Below are positions 11,386 to 25,072 of a stretch of 64,000 nucleotides of DNA, one piece after another (the stretch's first letter is position 1; the number at the start of each line of letters is the position of its first letter). The position numbers and the translations under genes were made by a program. Origin of the DNA: Centroscyllium fabricii (taxonomy: Eukaryota); the NCBI GenBank assembly GCA_051313645.2, contig JBNRSN020000012.1, positions 115,630,001 through 115,694,000 on the forward strand. The letters run 5' to 3'. The notes below the pieces were generated by a model. It worked only from the letters and a program-made list of their open reading frames with translations. It had not been told where the DNA came from and did no database searches.

Positions 11386-12863
11386 GTCCCCGGTACTGTA
11401 GCACCTACTTTTGGTGGCGACGGCTTGCAGACCGGGGTGAGGTTAGCAAAGAGCGAGGGAGGGGCGACCTTAAGGGTCGAGAGGCCACAGGTAGCGCGCT
11501 GAGGATGCTGCGAGGAGCGCTGGTTGCAGACCGTGAGCGGGGGAAGGGGCCCACCGTACGCCATGGTAACGCTCTGGAGGTGGCACTGGAAGTCCAGGCC
11601 CAGTAATAATGGAGCGCAGAGCTGCGGCAGCACGAATAATTTAAAATTGCTAAAGTGCACGCCCCGTACCATCAGAGTCACCGCGCAACGCCCGCAGACG
11701 TCCGCGGATTCCGACTTTGATGCCATAGAGATCTTTTGGCTCGCCGGCGCAACCTTAAGAGAAAAGCGCTTTACTGTTTCAGGGTGGACGAAACTCGCCA
11801 TACTCCCGCTGTCGAAGAGGCACTCGATGCTCCGCCCGTTCACCTCCACCATCATCATTGACCTGCTGAGAGGTTGCGCCTTGTTCTGATCCAAGGTGAT
11901 GGATGCCAGTATCGGGTCGGTCGAGTGGTCGTCGTTTGGGTCCGTTGAGAGGTCTGGGGCCTGGTCCCAAGATGGCTGCCGCCATGTGGTGTACTGCGGA
12001 GGGGGTGGCTGGGACCAAGATGGCGTCTGCTGCCACGTGGTGGGCTGTGTTGAAGATGGCTGTGTCCAAGATGGCTGCCCCCACGGCCCACACGCGGCTC
12101 TGCCTGGTTTCGATTGCTGCATTGCAGCTGCTTTGCAGACTTTGGCATAGTGTCCTTTCTTGCCGCATTTCGAGCATGCTACGTCTTTTGCCGGGCAGTT
12201 CCATCTCGGGTGCTGAGACTGCCCGCAGAAATAGCATTTGGCCGTCTTAGAGTGAGCGGCCGCAGTCATCTCTTCCGCCGGTCGCGGCGCCGGCGATGTC
12301 CAATTTGGCGGGGCTGGGCCCGCGTAGTTGCCTGAATACGATGATAGGTTCAGCGATGCCATATCCAGCGCGTTGCCCAGGTCCGCTGTCGCCTGCAGGT
12401 CAAGTCCGTTCTGTTCCAAAAGTCTTTGGCAAATATAGTCCGACCTGAGGCCAGTCACGTACGCGTCCCTGATCAGGCTGTGGACCTGGGCCAACTGCGA
12501 CCTGCAGTTACAGGCCCGGCAGAGTACTCTCAGCGCGCGTAGGAACTCCACGCTGGACTCACCGGGTTGCTGTTTTCTGGTAGCCAGGAGGTGTCTGGCG
12601 TGGACGAGGTTAGGTGTCCGGTTGTACTCCGCTTTGAGGATCTGGATTGCATCTAGGTACGATGATGCGTCTGCGATCATGGAGTATACTTGAGGGCCCA
12701 CCCGGGCATTGAGGAGACGCCGTTTGTCCTCCTCGGTCCTGACGACTGCCGCGTTCGCCTTGATGAACGCATCAAAGCAGTCGAACCAGTGCGTAAAGGG
12801 ATTTGATGCGCCTGGTGTCCGGAGGTCCAGCTCGAACGTTGCTGGTTTGAGCATCGATTCCAT
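11349..12863 (-). pseudogene. Gypsy Gag (two CCHC knuckles) and aspartic protease
   Basis: CYFCGQSQHPRWNC, CSKCGKKGHYAKVC, LFDSGS; separated from RT by an apparent mutational frameshift near 11420. Confidence 0.92.
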
Positions 12864-14081
12864 CGTTAAATTTAGCTAATAAAATTGTTAACGAATTAAC
12901 GACCTCGGAGACGAGATATTAAGAGGTGAAACAATCGGCTTTTATTAGCTAAAGGTGGACATGCACCAGCTAGTCGACCGTCCCCAGGAATGGCCGGGGG
13001 AAGGGAGACGGCCGCTTATGTACCTGGTCCTGGGAGGGAGGAGTCACAGGCGGAGCCAGTATGGGCATGTCCAGGTGATCACACACAAAGAACTATTATA
13101 CAACATGGTTTAAGGGTGGTTACAGTATATATACATAAAGAGTGGTTTACCACAATGGTATGTTGGCCTTTATATCAAGTGGGTTTGAGTATAGGAATAG
13201 GGATGTCTTGCTGCAGCTGTACAGGGCCTTGGTGAGGCCACACCTTGAGTATTGTGTGCAGTTTTGGTCGCCTCATCTGAGGAAGGATGTTCTTGCCATG
13301 GAGGGAGTGCAGCGACGATTCACCAGGCTAATACCTGGGATGGCAGGAATTACTTATGAGGAGAGTTTGTGTCATCTGGGCTTATACTCGCTGGAGTTTA
13401 GAAGATTAAGAGGGGATCTCATCGAGACTTATAAAATTCTGTCAGGTCTGGACAGGTTAGATGTAGAAAGGATGTTTCCGATGGCGGGGGAGTCCAGAAC
13501 CAGGGGGCATAGTCTAAGGATAAGCGGTAAGCCATTTGGGACTGAGATGAGGAGGAAATTCTTCACACAGAGAGTGGTGAACCTGTGAAATTCTCTGCCA
13601 CAGAGGGCGGTGGAGGCCGGTTCATTGAATATATTCAAGAGGGAACTGGATATATTTCTTCAGGCTAAAGGGATTAAGGGATATGGAGAGAAGGCAGGGA
13701 CAGGGTACTGAACTTGTAAGATCAGCCATGATCTCATTAAATGGCGGAGCAGGCTCGAAGGGCCGAATGGCCTACTCCTGCTCCTATCTTCTATGTTTCT
13801 ATGGTAGATCGACCAGTATCCTTCAGCATTTCTCTTTTTCAAGAAACTTAGAAAATTCCCTCTTTAAAAGAAGAACAACAATGGTTTGTGGCAGACAATT
13901 CCGCACTATAATTGAGTCTTTGTGTAAAAGTTTTTTTCCAACCTCTCGTTTTAATTTTTTTCATGATTATTTTAAATATGTGTCCTCTCATGCTGTCTTG
14001 CTGAGTAGTGGAAACATTTTATCACTATTTACTTATCATAATCTTTTTTAATTTTGAAAATCTAAGTTCTCTTGTCTCTTC

Positions 14082-14353
14082 ATAACTGTAATCCCTCAAT
14101 ATAACTGTAATCCCTCAATATAACTGTAATCCCTCAATATAACTGTAATCCCTCAATATAACTGTAATCCCTCAATATAACTGTAATCCCTCAATATAAC
14201 TGTAATCCCTCAATATAACTGTAATCCCTCAATATAACTGTAATCCCTCAATATAACTGTAATCCCTCAATATAACTGTAATCCCTCAATATAACATGTA
14301 ATCCCTGAATATAACTGTAATCCCTCAATATAACTGTAATCCCTCAATATAAC
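14082..14353. repeat. 19-bp minisatellite (ataactgtaatccctcaat), about 14 copies
   Basis: Near-perfect tandem copies with no spacers. Confidence 0.97.
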
Positions 14354-14371
14354 ATGTTACCCCAGCCCCCA

Positions 14372-14943
14372 TCTTATTGAAACATATAAGATTGTGAGAG
14401 GGCTTGATCGGGTGGATGCGGTGAGGATGTTCCCAATGGTGGGTGAAACGAGGACTAGGGGGCATAATCTTAAAATAAGGGGCTGCCATTTCAAAACTGA
14501 GATGAGGAGAAACTTCTTCACTCAGAGGGTGGTGGGGCTGTGGAATTTGCTGCCCCAGAGAGCTGTGGAAGCTACTACGTTGAATAAATTTAAAACTGAG
14601 ATAGACAGTTTCCTGGAATTAAAGAGAATTAGGGGTTATGGTGAGCGGGCAGGTAAGTGGACGTGAGGCTAGGTTCAGATCGGCCATGTAATCTCCTGGA
14701 CCAGTTTTCGATCGCCTAGATGGAACGGAGAGGAATTTTCCTGATTTTTTTCTCCCAAATTGGCCACTGGGTTTTTTATCTGGTTTTTCGCCTCTCCCAG
14801 GTGATCACATGGGTCTGGGCAGGGTGGAGAGTAAAAATAAAATTGAGGTTAGGATCAGATCAGCCATGATCTTGTTGAATGGCGGAGCAGGCTCGAGGGG
14901 CCGATGGGCCTACTCCTGCTCCTATTTCTTATGTTCTTATGTT
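14372..14943 (+). mobile_element. CR1 3' fragment (long-3'UTR subfamily)
   Basis: TRGHNLK..RRNFFTQRVV..WNLLP; 3'UTR nearly the same as 54452-54725; (ttcttatg)n tail. Confidence 0.93.
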
Positions 14944-16163
14944 CCAAGGTATTTAACTAAAGTTAATTTCCTTTACCTGTCGATATGCAGGGAATTGCTG
15001 CAGTATTTCCAACAATTATTTAATTCTAGTTAGGTTCCAACATGCTCACTCAGAAAGAGAGCTGAGTATTTTCTTGAGCAATGATGTGACACTGAAGTAA
15101 TTGGATGAAACCAACAGTCCCAAGTGTAGAATATAGCCGACACAACAAATGACAGAGGAGTGAGAAAACAATTTGACCCAGATGATTATCCATGTTTATC
15201 CAATAGATCTTTGTATTCAAATACAAAATTTGCATTATCCAATAAGATGCAGTTTTACTCAGAAACATTAAATGAGTTTTTTATTTGCAATTGTATATGA
15301 AAAAATGACTCATTGTATAATTGCTGGAGCAATTTTGTGGTGATTTTGATTTTTGTCAGTCCATTTAGAGGACATGGATACAACTTCAGCTGAGCACTGC
15401 TGTTTCAGTGCTGCCCCGAGTGGTTGAAGTTCTCCCCTTCCCTTCTCACAAAGCAGACAGGGTGAATTTCGAGTACCAGGAGCTGAATTAAAAATGCTTG
15501 ACAACATCATGATTATGGAATCATAGAATGTTAAGCACAGAAACAGAACATTTATTCCCTTAAGTCTTCACCAATGTTTTTCTCTGCACGCTGTTTAGTA
15601 CAGAATTATTACTTATTATTTGTGAGTTGGAAAAAATTGTCAGTGGGAGACATAAGAAGGATTAAATGCTACTCACCTGATAGTGACGATCTTCTTTAAT
15701 GGGTCTGTTAATCCTGATGCAATGTTGCACTTACATGATACCACATATGGTCATTCTAGCCCTCATCACTTGTGTCTTGCAATGTGGCCAAATAACACAA
15801 GGGTTTTAAATATCACGCTCCAGTCATATCAACCTTGTCAGACTTGCCCCATCTGGTCTGCATTATGCACTTTAATAATGACTGTGATGCATGGAATATA
15901 CAATATTTTTACACAACAGGTTTCTACATTTCAATATATTTTACTCACGTAAAATATCATGTAACAAAAGAAATTATGCATTTAAGAGGAAGCTAGATAA
16001 GTGCATGAGGGCGAAAGGAATTGAAGGATATGTTGCTAGGGTGGAGCATATACATTGGCATAGACCTGTTGGCCTGTTTCTGTGCTGTAAAATTCTATGA
16101 AATGACTTACTCAACTGCCTTTTCAGTTCTATGTTTCCTTAAGGCTGTGCTTTTGAATTTAAT

Positions 16164-16930
16164 GGGGGATAAATTGGGTTGCGCACGTTTTGGCGAGTTA
16201 ACGTTGGCGCAGTGCTATTTTTAGCGCCTGCCGAACGCTGGCGCCGTTAGCGCTGAAATTTGGCTGTGGCGCCCATTGTAGGAGGGCAGGCGCTAAAACA
16301 GGAGCCCGCCCTCGCTCTTCAGGCGCTACGGCCGAAGTTCCGGGCGCTGGGGGTCGCTGCGACATGCAGTGCAGAGTGGTGCGCCGCAGAACTGCAGGTC
16401 TTCCTCCCCGATTAAAGGGGAGGGGCCTAGCGCGGCTGCGGCCAGAGCCCCGCGGGGCAGCCGTGGGACACCATGCAGCAGAAGGAGCTCGGCACTGGAG
16501 GGAAGTGCCTGAATCACTGGTCGGAGGCTTCACACCGCGGTGGGGGGGGCAGTGGGGGAGGCCGGGGGAGGCAGAGGGGGAAGGTGCTGGCAGTTGGGCA
16601 GCAATAAAAATGGCCGCCCGGCACCCTCCCCTTTCAGCAGCGCTCCCCCGCTGCTGTTATGGCTGCAGAAAGCTGTCGCGGGCAGTGCCCGCCGAAAACT
16701 CAGCGGGCGCTGCCCAATTTCAATCGCGGGTGCCACACTGGCACTGCACGCACTGATGACGTCATCCCCGTCAGCGAGCAGCACGAAATATTCAGTGGGG
16801 CGCTCCGGTTACCGCCCACCTTAGTGCCCCATTGAATACCGCGGGAGGCACAGGCGCTAAGTGTCTTGCGCACCATTAGCGCCCTTTTTGGGTGCTAACG
16901 GGCAGGCACAAGCCACCGAATTTCTAGCCC
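16164..16930 (+). mobile_element. GC-rich MITE family B, copy 1 (Harbinger-type)
   Basis: GGGGGATAAATTGGGTTGC...GCCACCGAATTTCTAGCCC termini, 3-bp TSD AAT; homologues at 28056, 42030 and 55986. Confidence 0.88.
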
Positions 16931-17168
16931 AATGAGTTTATAGCAGCTATTTGCTGGATATTTTCATGGATTGGTTTTAGTGCTGCTTCAGAAACTTGAA
17001 TGCACTACTACAATACAGTGTGATGCATAATACCTTTGATGCTGAGGTGGAATGAAATATGTAAAATACTTGAATGGAAATATAACATTAATTTTAATGC
17101 AAGCCATAGGAGTTACAAGGATCTACCAAAAAGGAAAGGAAAAGTTTCCACCTGAATCTAGCAATATT

Positions 17169-18007
17169 GGGCCAGGTTTTCCTCTGCTCCAGAGGAGCTG
17201 CACACGCACGGAGTGGGGTCCGAAATGCCCCGTGGGTGTGCAGCACGGGGGATGCCCACGAACGGGAATTTCCTCTGCTGAGGGAGAAGGGCCCTCAGCA
17301 TCAAACGCAGGAGTGAGTTGCACCCAGAATTTGCAATCCAAAAGGGTGATTTTTGGAGAGTGATTCCGTGTGCAACTGGCTCACAAGCTGCACCCAGAAA
17401 AAACAGTAGTAAACTCGTGTGTGAGGGACAAGATTTAGTTACTAAAGCAGGTGAGTTAATTTTTTAACTTTAATTTAAATTTTTTACAGTTTTTGGGAGT
17501 AATGTGGCCAGATCGGTAGCGTTAAATTTTTAAGTTAAAGTTTTTAAAAAAAAATTACAAATCCGATTTTAAGTTAATTTACCTGTTTCAAATCGCTAAT
17601 TTTTAAAGTTAAATTTCTGAAATTTTTAACTCTCTAGCTATTAAAAAATCTAAGAGGAAAAAATGGCAGACTTGCCTTCCGTTTCTTCCTCTGAGAAGCT
17701 GCTCTGCCCGCGCTGCTCCCCCGCCGAGTCTGTGAGTGCAGCTCTGCACTTCCCTGCTCTCACAAAGGTCCGACTCGGGATCTGTGTGCATTTTTTAATT
17801 TAAATTAGGGATCTGGGGGCGTTTTTTATTTAAATTTGGGATCTGTGGGCGGGGCATACACTGCGCACCTAGCGTGGCTGGACTGCCACGCAGCGCAGGA
17901 ACGGGGAGGAAAGTCAGGGAGCAACTTCTGTACGATGTTGGTGCGTGCGATAGGTGTCCGCAGGGTCCTAGCGCACGCACTAACCTGCACAGAGGAAAAC
18001 CTGGCCC
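17169..18007. mobile_element. Harbinger-type MITE
   Basis: 18-bp perfect TIR GGGCCAGGTTTTCCTCTG; TSD ATT. Confidence 0.88.
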
Positions 18008-19652
18008 ATTGTATCTTCTGCAGTAAGCAGTTTAAAAGAACTCGTGTTTGGATGCTATTACATTTTATACTTCTTAGAGTTAAGTGGTTTGCCAGTGTTA
18101 TTTTAGATAAGGCTAATCTTGGAACAATATTAGCCTTCTTATTAAGTACTTCAAATGATTTTTGGTATCTGATACATTGGGGCATTCAAAAGTGAATAAC
18201 TGTCTGGTGTCAATACCCTGAATACACCACATGGTGACAGTATTTATCAACAAGTTTAATACAGTGCTACTATAACACATTGTTGGAACGCTGAGTGTAT
18301 TACTGTAACATGTAATCCTTAGCTGTCAATATGTTAAGTACAAATAGAATAGCTACATGTGATTAGAAATGCTAATTTTGTGTTACGCTATCATGCCTTA
18401 TTCATTTTTTTAAATGAATTACTCAAATGTCACAAGTTTTACAGTGGCTAATGTATTAATAAAGCTACTATTAAAAGACTAATGCATATCGAATTCGCAA
18501 CGCAAAATTAAAATAATAATGAATAGCAAAATTTAAATCTTCAGTTAGATAGTATTTCAACTGTCGAAACTAAAATAAGTGTAAAATATTTTATTAACCT
18601 AGAGACTCCTGACCAATTTGCATCACTTTGTAAAACTGTTCTCTTGTGTGAACATGTTTAAAAAAAAGTACTGCCAATTTTTTCATCCAATAAACACTGA
18701 AATATCAGAAATCACTCAAAGACTTCCTACTTCAGTATATAAATCATAGAATCATAAAAATTTACGGCACAGAAGAAGACCATTCGGCCCATTGGGTCTG
18801 TGCCGGGAAATCATGTGGTAGAAATGTGTTGCAATTAGCATCAGCAACCATGGCTTATGAGAAAAATCAGCCGTAGTTACTGTTCCTGCGCACCAACTAA
18901 GTGACCACGTGCCAGTATTGAGCTATCGTAAGGAAAGGATTGTGCTTGATTGTGATGTCCCAACAAACAAATGGGCTGCTGACACTCAATGTAGAGACTT
19001 GTGTAAAGTGGTAACTCGGGTGAGGTAACAGAAGACATTTGTCACACATAGAACTGGACTTCATTTGCTTTTAATATTTTAAATATTATTGAAACATTAA
19101 TTTTGGAAGTGGAAAGAAATGATAACATTCCTGTAAACAGTAAGGTGTAAAGAGAATTCAGCATGGGTTAAGCTATTAAACTTAAGCATGTAGCTCCAAT
19201 GTAAAAGTCATGGGAATTGCTAACAGAACATTAATTCTATATAAATGGTATGTTTATAGGTGAAGATCCGGTACTAGGTATGTGAATAGAATCAATCAAT
19301 ATGGACTCTTTTTTAAATTTGTTCCTGGGATGTGGGCGTTGCTGGCAAGGCCAGCATTTAATAGCTTCAGGAGCTACATGCACAAATGGGCACTGAAATA
19401 GTTACTGATTTCTGTAATAATAAATAAGCTACAAATGGATAAAATATTTTTCAAACTTCTCTAGTGAGTCATTAATGAAACTCCAGAGAAAACTAGAACT
19501 GGAGAATACACAAAAGACCTACTGATGTGAGCAGACCTCAATTAATAACACAGGAGTGTCACTTTTGTTATTTTGTTATTTCTGCCCTTTGAATAAATAT
19601 CGTATCCAAGGAATTCTTGACATGTCTTTTGTGTAAAAGGTACAGCAAGATC

Positions 19653-20085
19653 AACTTGCATTTATATAATGACTTTAATTTAGAAAAATGTCCAAAAGGG
19701 CTTCGCAAAGGTGTAATGATGAAAATGGAAGCCAAAGGAGAGAGTGGTGACCAAAAACTTCATCAAGGAAGTGAATTTCAAGGAGGGTTTTAAAGGAGAA
19801 GTGGGAAGTGGAGAGGTTTAGGAAGAGTGAATGCTGGTGGTTGAAGGCACAGACACCAATGATGGAGCCAAGGACGGGGGTAATGCACACGTGGAGAGTG
19901 GAGAGTTTGGTAGAGAGGGGGCGGGAGATTGTAGCACTGAGATAGGGAGGGCCCAGGCCATGAAGAGATTTAAACATGAAGATGAGACTTTTAAATTTGA
20001 GGTGTTGGACGACTGGCAGTCAGTGTCAGCACAGGGGTGATGGGCAAGTGTGACTTGGTGTGGGATAGGATGCGGGTAGCACGGA
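19653..20085 (-). mobile_element. Old L2-type LINE 3' fragment
   Basis: FKSLHGLGPPYLS in ORF 19675-19977; tail resembles the reverse complement of 26940-27025. Confidence 0.7.
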
Positions 20086-21497
20086 GATAAACAGAAATGA
20101 ATTCAAATACTTTTGAAGAATTAGAATTTTATTTAGAAAATAATGAATAAAAATAGAGTACATTTATTGTAGATTAAGTTGATGCAGCATGTAGTCACAT
20201 CATGACACAATACCAGCAACAACTTGCATTTATATCGTGCTTTTAATGTAGAAAAACATTCCAAGCCAATTCAGAGTTATTTCAAAAGTCAGTAGTTATG
20301 TGGTTATTGTCTAAAGCGGTAAATACAGGAACTAATTGTTTAGTTTAGATTTCCTGTTCATGGGTGGCAGTGTGGTTGCTATGGCAACTTTTGTTGTATA
20401 GTGTGCAGTTTATTGTGCTTGTTTGCTGGAAGCCCATTTATGGAAGAAAAATAGTATTCTGAAAATCTAATGCCATGAGTGTTCTTTCATTAACTGAATG
20501 TTGCTCCAATGGGAAAAGCTCCATAGCACCCCTTTCCTGCTGTAGTATATATCTTTGTTTCAAAAGTGGAACTGAAGCTTTGCCTTTTTTTAAGTTATGC
20601 ATCTAAAGAAGAATTAATTGCATTTATACACTGAAGGTGTATAATCATGCTACACCCTCTTCAAACGGTTTAAAGACATGCCATTGTTTTATTGACATCA
20701 ATTGCTGCATGTGTTAAACAAATCATCAAGGCAGGTAGTTGTGTGTGTTCATTAATTGGGGCAGCAGTGCCATGGGGAATTTGGTTTAAGGATTTCTGAG
20801 AAGGAGAAACTTCCAGAAGTTGGTGAATGTTGAGCTCAGATGAATTGATATTTTCCCAGCTCCACATAGAGCCAACACATTACAACTTCAGATTGGAAAA
20901 TGATGGAGGCGGGACTGAAACCCAACAAGTGGGAGTCCTGCCTCTAAAAGCTCCCCATTGGTAAAATCAAGCCTGTGGTGTACCCTTGACGCTACAGACC
21001 TTCCTGGATTCTTGTGCCAGACAGGGATGGAACTTGTGAAGCTTGTCTGGGGTGTAATATGTCGTGTATATTATTTAAATTAGCCCTCTGCATTCTGCTC
21101 ATGGACAAGTCAGTGTTAAGGGATTTCCAATCTCTCCTATTGCACGGCTGAGAAGGAGTTAGGTCTACACCTCATTCCTGGGACTCTTGAGCTTTCACCT
21201 TGTAGCTGATGTAATATCACATGATTAGTACAGTTGAAAACATGGCAATAGTGGTTTGAAAAAAGGTAATATGCTGATCCATTGCTCCACAATCACCTCT
21301 GTGCTGTTAGATTTCTTACCTGCTGATAATGAACCAGATGACCTCAAATTGAATGTCAGGAAGACTGTAGCCATTCTATTTGGTTTCTGGCAAACATCTT
21401 TTACTCTTGCCCCTGATTCCATCCAACTCACTGGCTGTTTACTGAAGCTGAATTAATGGTTCACAACCATTGCTTATTTGATCCTGAGCAAAGTTTA

Positions 21498-23150
21498 CAT
21501 AGAAACATAGAAGATAGGAGCAGGAGTAGGCCATTTGGCCCTCGAGTCTACGTGGCTGATCACTCAAATTCAGTACCCTGTCCCTGCCTTCTCCCCATAT
21601 CCCTTGATCCCTTTAGCCTTAAGAAATATATTCAACTCCTTCTTGAATATATTTAATGAATTGGCATCACTGCCTTCTGTGATAGAGAATTCCACAGGTT
21701 CACCACTCTCTGGGTGAAGAAATTCCTTCTCATCTCAGTCCTAATATGGATTATCCCTTATCCTTAGACTGTGATCTCTGGTTCTGGACTCCTCCAACAT
21801 CGGGAACATCCTTCCTGCATCTAGTCTGTCCAGTCCTGTTAGAATTTTATAAGTTTCAATGAGATCCCCTCTCATTCTTCTAAACTCCAGTGAGTGCAAG
21901 CCCAATCGACCCAATCTCTCCTCATACATCATTCCTGCCATCCCAGGAATCAGCCTGGTGAATCTTCGCTGTACTCCTTCCATGGCAAGAACATCCTTCT
22001 TTAGATAAGGCGACCAAAACTGTGCACAATATTCAAGATGTGGTCTCACCAACGCCCTGTACAACTGCAGAAATATATCCTTGTTCCTGTACTCAAACCC
22101 TCTCGCTACGAAGGCCAACATACCATTTGTCTTCTTAACTGCCTGCTGCATCTGCATGCTTACCTTCAGCGACTGGTGCACAAGAACACCCAGGTCTCGT
22201 TGCCCTTCCTCTACTCCCAATCTATTGCCATTCAGATAATAATCTGCTGCCTTGTTTTTGACACCAAAGTGGATAACCTCGCATTTATCCACGTTATATT
22301 GCATCTGCCATGCTTCTGCCCAATCACCCAACCTGTCCAAATCAGACTGGAGTTTCTCGGCATCCTCCTCACAGCACACACGCCCACCCAGCTTTGTGTC
22401 ATCTGCAAACTTGGAAATATTACATCTAGTTCCCTCATCCAGATCATTATTATATATTGTGAATAGCTGGGATCCAAGGACCGATCTCTGCGGTACACCA
22501 CTAGTCACTGCCTGCCACTCGGAGAAAGAGTCGTTTATTCCAACTCTTTGCTTTCTGTCCGCCAACCAGTTCTCTATTCAAGTCAATACCTTGCCCCCAA
22601 TCACATGTGTCTTAACTTTACACGCTAATCTCTTATGCAGGACCTTATCGAAAGCCTTTTGAAATTCCAAGTACACCACATCCACTGGTCCTCCCTTATC
22701 TATTTTACCAGTTGCATCCTCAAAAAATTCCAGTAGATTAGCCAAGCACGATTTACCTTTTGTAAATCCATGTTGACTTTGTCCGATCCGGTCACTATTT
22801 TCCATGTACTCTGCTATTACATCTTTTATAATGGACTCTAGCATTTACCCCACTACCGATGTCAGGCTTACCGGTCTGTAATTCCCCTTTTTCTCTCTAC
22901 CACCTTTTTTGAACAGTGGGGTAACATTAGCTACCCTCCAATCCATGGGTACTGTTCCAGAGTCTATTGAATTTTGGAAGATGACCAGCAATATATCTAC
23001 TATTTCTAGTGCCACTTCCTTAAGATGTAGATTATCAGGCCCTGGGGATTTATCGGCCTTCAATTCTGTCAATTTATCTAGCGCAACTTCCCTACAAATA
23101 CTGATTTCCATCAGTTCCTCCCATTCATTAGACCCCATGTTCCCACATCT
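21498..23150 (-). mobile_element. 5'-truncated CR1 LINE (RT)
   Basis: ORFs 22845-23156, 22578-22844 and 21741-22565 (KSPGPD, QHGF, KFADD); tail at 21498. Confidence 0.95.
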
Positions 23151-25072
23151 TTTCAATCATCAAAACTGGCGAGTTCTATCTCCGCAACGTCGTCCATCAT
23201 CACTTTTGCCACACCCCCACTGCCACTGAGCCGGTTATCCGCACTATTGTTTTCTTCAGACTCCATTTTTCCAGTGTTGTTCTTGCTGGCCACCAGTGCT
23301 CCCCTGTACACAAACTCCAACTCATCCAAATCTCGGCCTTCCACCTCTTTCCTTCACAAAATTTCAGTGCACAATCGCCCTTGTCCTTGCCAATCTCCAT
23401 TGGCACCCTATCTCAATGAAATGAATTCAAAATCATTATCCTCATCTGTAAACCATTACATCACCCCTCTCTACCTCTGCAACCTCCTCTAGTCCTATGC
23501 TCCAGCCCACACCCAACCCCAACCCCACCCACACACAGTCTTCCAACTCTGGGCTCTTGTACATTCCACGCTACTTTTTGGTGGCAGAGCCTTCAGCCAC
23601 CTTAGCCCTATTCTCTCAACAACCTCCTTAAATCCCTCTGCCTGGGTACTTCTCTCCCTGCTGTAAAAGGTCTCCTCACATCCTGCCTTTTTGACCACAC
23701 TTAGTCACTTCTCTTAACTCTGGTCTTCTCTGGTGTTCTCCTGTGTTAAAGGCAAAATCGAAATGTGAGTTGTTCTTATTGATATAAACTTAGGTTAATG
23801 ACTGAAATTTCATAGCATATCTTGATATTGTTGAATTAGTTCTGTGTATTCTATCCAAATAAAAACTAATCTATTAATATTTTAACAACTTTATTACTGA
23901 TTGAATGAAACTGAAAGCTTGAACTCACATCATACAAAAAGGTTTGAAATTCAGAAAATGCTTCAAATGGCAAAAAGTATATTTGATCACTTTTTTCTTG
24001 TTTTTCTTCCTATCCTTTTTATGCCAATTTTCTCCCCTCTTCCTTTCTGGGGTTTAGTTCCACTCCCAATTGTTACCTTCTGGAACTTCGCCCAATGGAT
24101 CCTTATTCATATGTGAGCCGAGACATTGTGGTGGTGGGGGGGGGGGGGGGGGCGGTGAGGGGGCTGGCGGGGAAGAGAGAAGAGATTAACAGGAAGTGTG
24201 TTTCAGACGGAGCAAGTGTTAATCTTTGGCGCCAACAGCATCAATTCGAGGCCAAGGATATTTTGACTCCCAGGTCTCATTTGCATCCCACTGTCCGCTG
24301 ATAATGGGTGAATAGAGGCAGCTGACCAATGGCTGATTGGTTAAAATTGTTCTGCCCAGAGGCTGAAATGTGAATGATGGGCAGGTGATTTCAGCAGGGT
24401 TTTGCGGTTGGGCAGAGTTAACAGACCTGGGGTCAGCAGAGGCCGATACTTTCTTTTTGGGATCTGCAGAAACACTCCTGCTCCTTCCGGCCCATCAAAG
24501 GAATGTTTAACACTTGCCCTTTACGGCCTTATCAGTCATCAGAGCAGCTTTCACTGAGCGAGGTGACTGCATTGGTACCCCGCTATGACCATGGTTAAAA
24601 GGCCATTGGGGTCCAAGTGACATAACAGGATCCTGATTAGCCTACATGTATAAAGCTCCCACCTGATTTCGGCAAGCACCTCATCCACCACCAAAAGCAA
24701 TGGCATTAAAATCTCTGCAGAGCGGGAATGGAGTGGATAATTCACCCGTTCTGTTTTGACTGACCCCTCAGCTGGGGTCAGAGGGAGTTAAAGTCCACCG
24801 ATGTTTACTTTTAGCAGGGTTCAGTAAATACAGACCCCAGGAACAGGAATCATGGCTAATATGCTTCCACCTTCCTAATCCAGAAATGCTGAAACCAGTT
24901 GTAATGTCTCTACTGCAGCCTTACTGAAAGCGGTAAAGGCCAGGGATTATCAGCCATGATCTCATTGAATGGCGGAGCAGGCTCAAAGGGCCGAATGGCC
25001 TACTCCTGCTCCTATCTTCTATGTTTCTATGTAAACCTGGGGCATTCTGGTTTATATAACACTGTTACTCAC

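Larger units (their letters stand above)
8600..13154 (-). mobile_element. Full-length Ty3/Gypsy (Mag-like) LTR retrotransposon, inactivated
   Basis: LTRs 8600-8887 and 12886-13154 (TG...CA), 5-bp TSD ATGGT, purine tract aagaaggggtgaa before the 3' LTR, domain order gag-PR-RT-RH-IN. Confidence 0.97.
6745..13802 (+). mobile_element. 5'-truncated CR1 LINE (APE C-terminus + RT), split by a Gypsy insertion at 8600-13154
   Basis: ORFs 6753-7136 (SDHN), 7137-8555 (YRPVSLTS, DFQKAFD, GVPQGSVLGP, KFADD) and 13142-13588 resuming at VKKANG|MLAFI; (ttctatgt)n tail; stop and frameshift present. Confidence 0.95.

Noticed and set aside
11349-11420. Programmed gag-pol ribosomal frameshift
   Set aside because: The break lies after the protease, has no slippery heptamer, and the element has other disabling lesions, so it is probably a 1-nt deletion
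14082-14353. CRISPR-like regular repeats (also 33885-34260, 35175-35650, 48228-48700)
   Set aside because: Contiguous tandem units with no unique spacers, no cas genes, and a vertebrate intron context
16198-16824. CpG island or internal promoter with multiple ORFs
   Set aside because: Lies entirely within a TSD-flanked MITE present four times in the window
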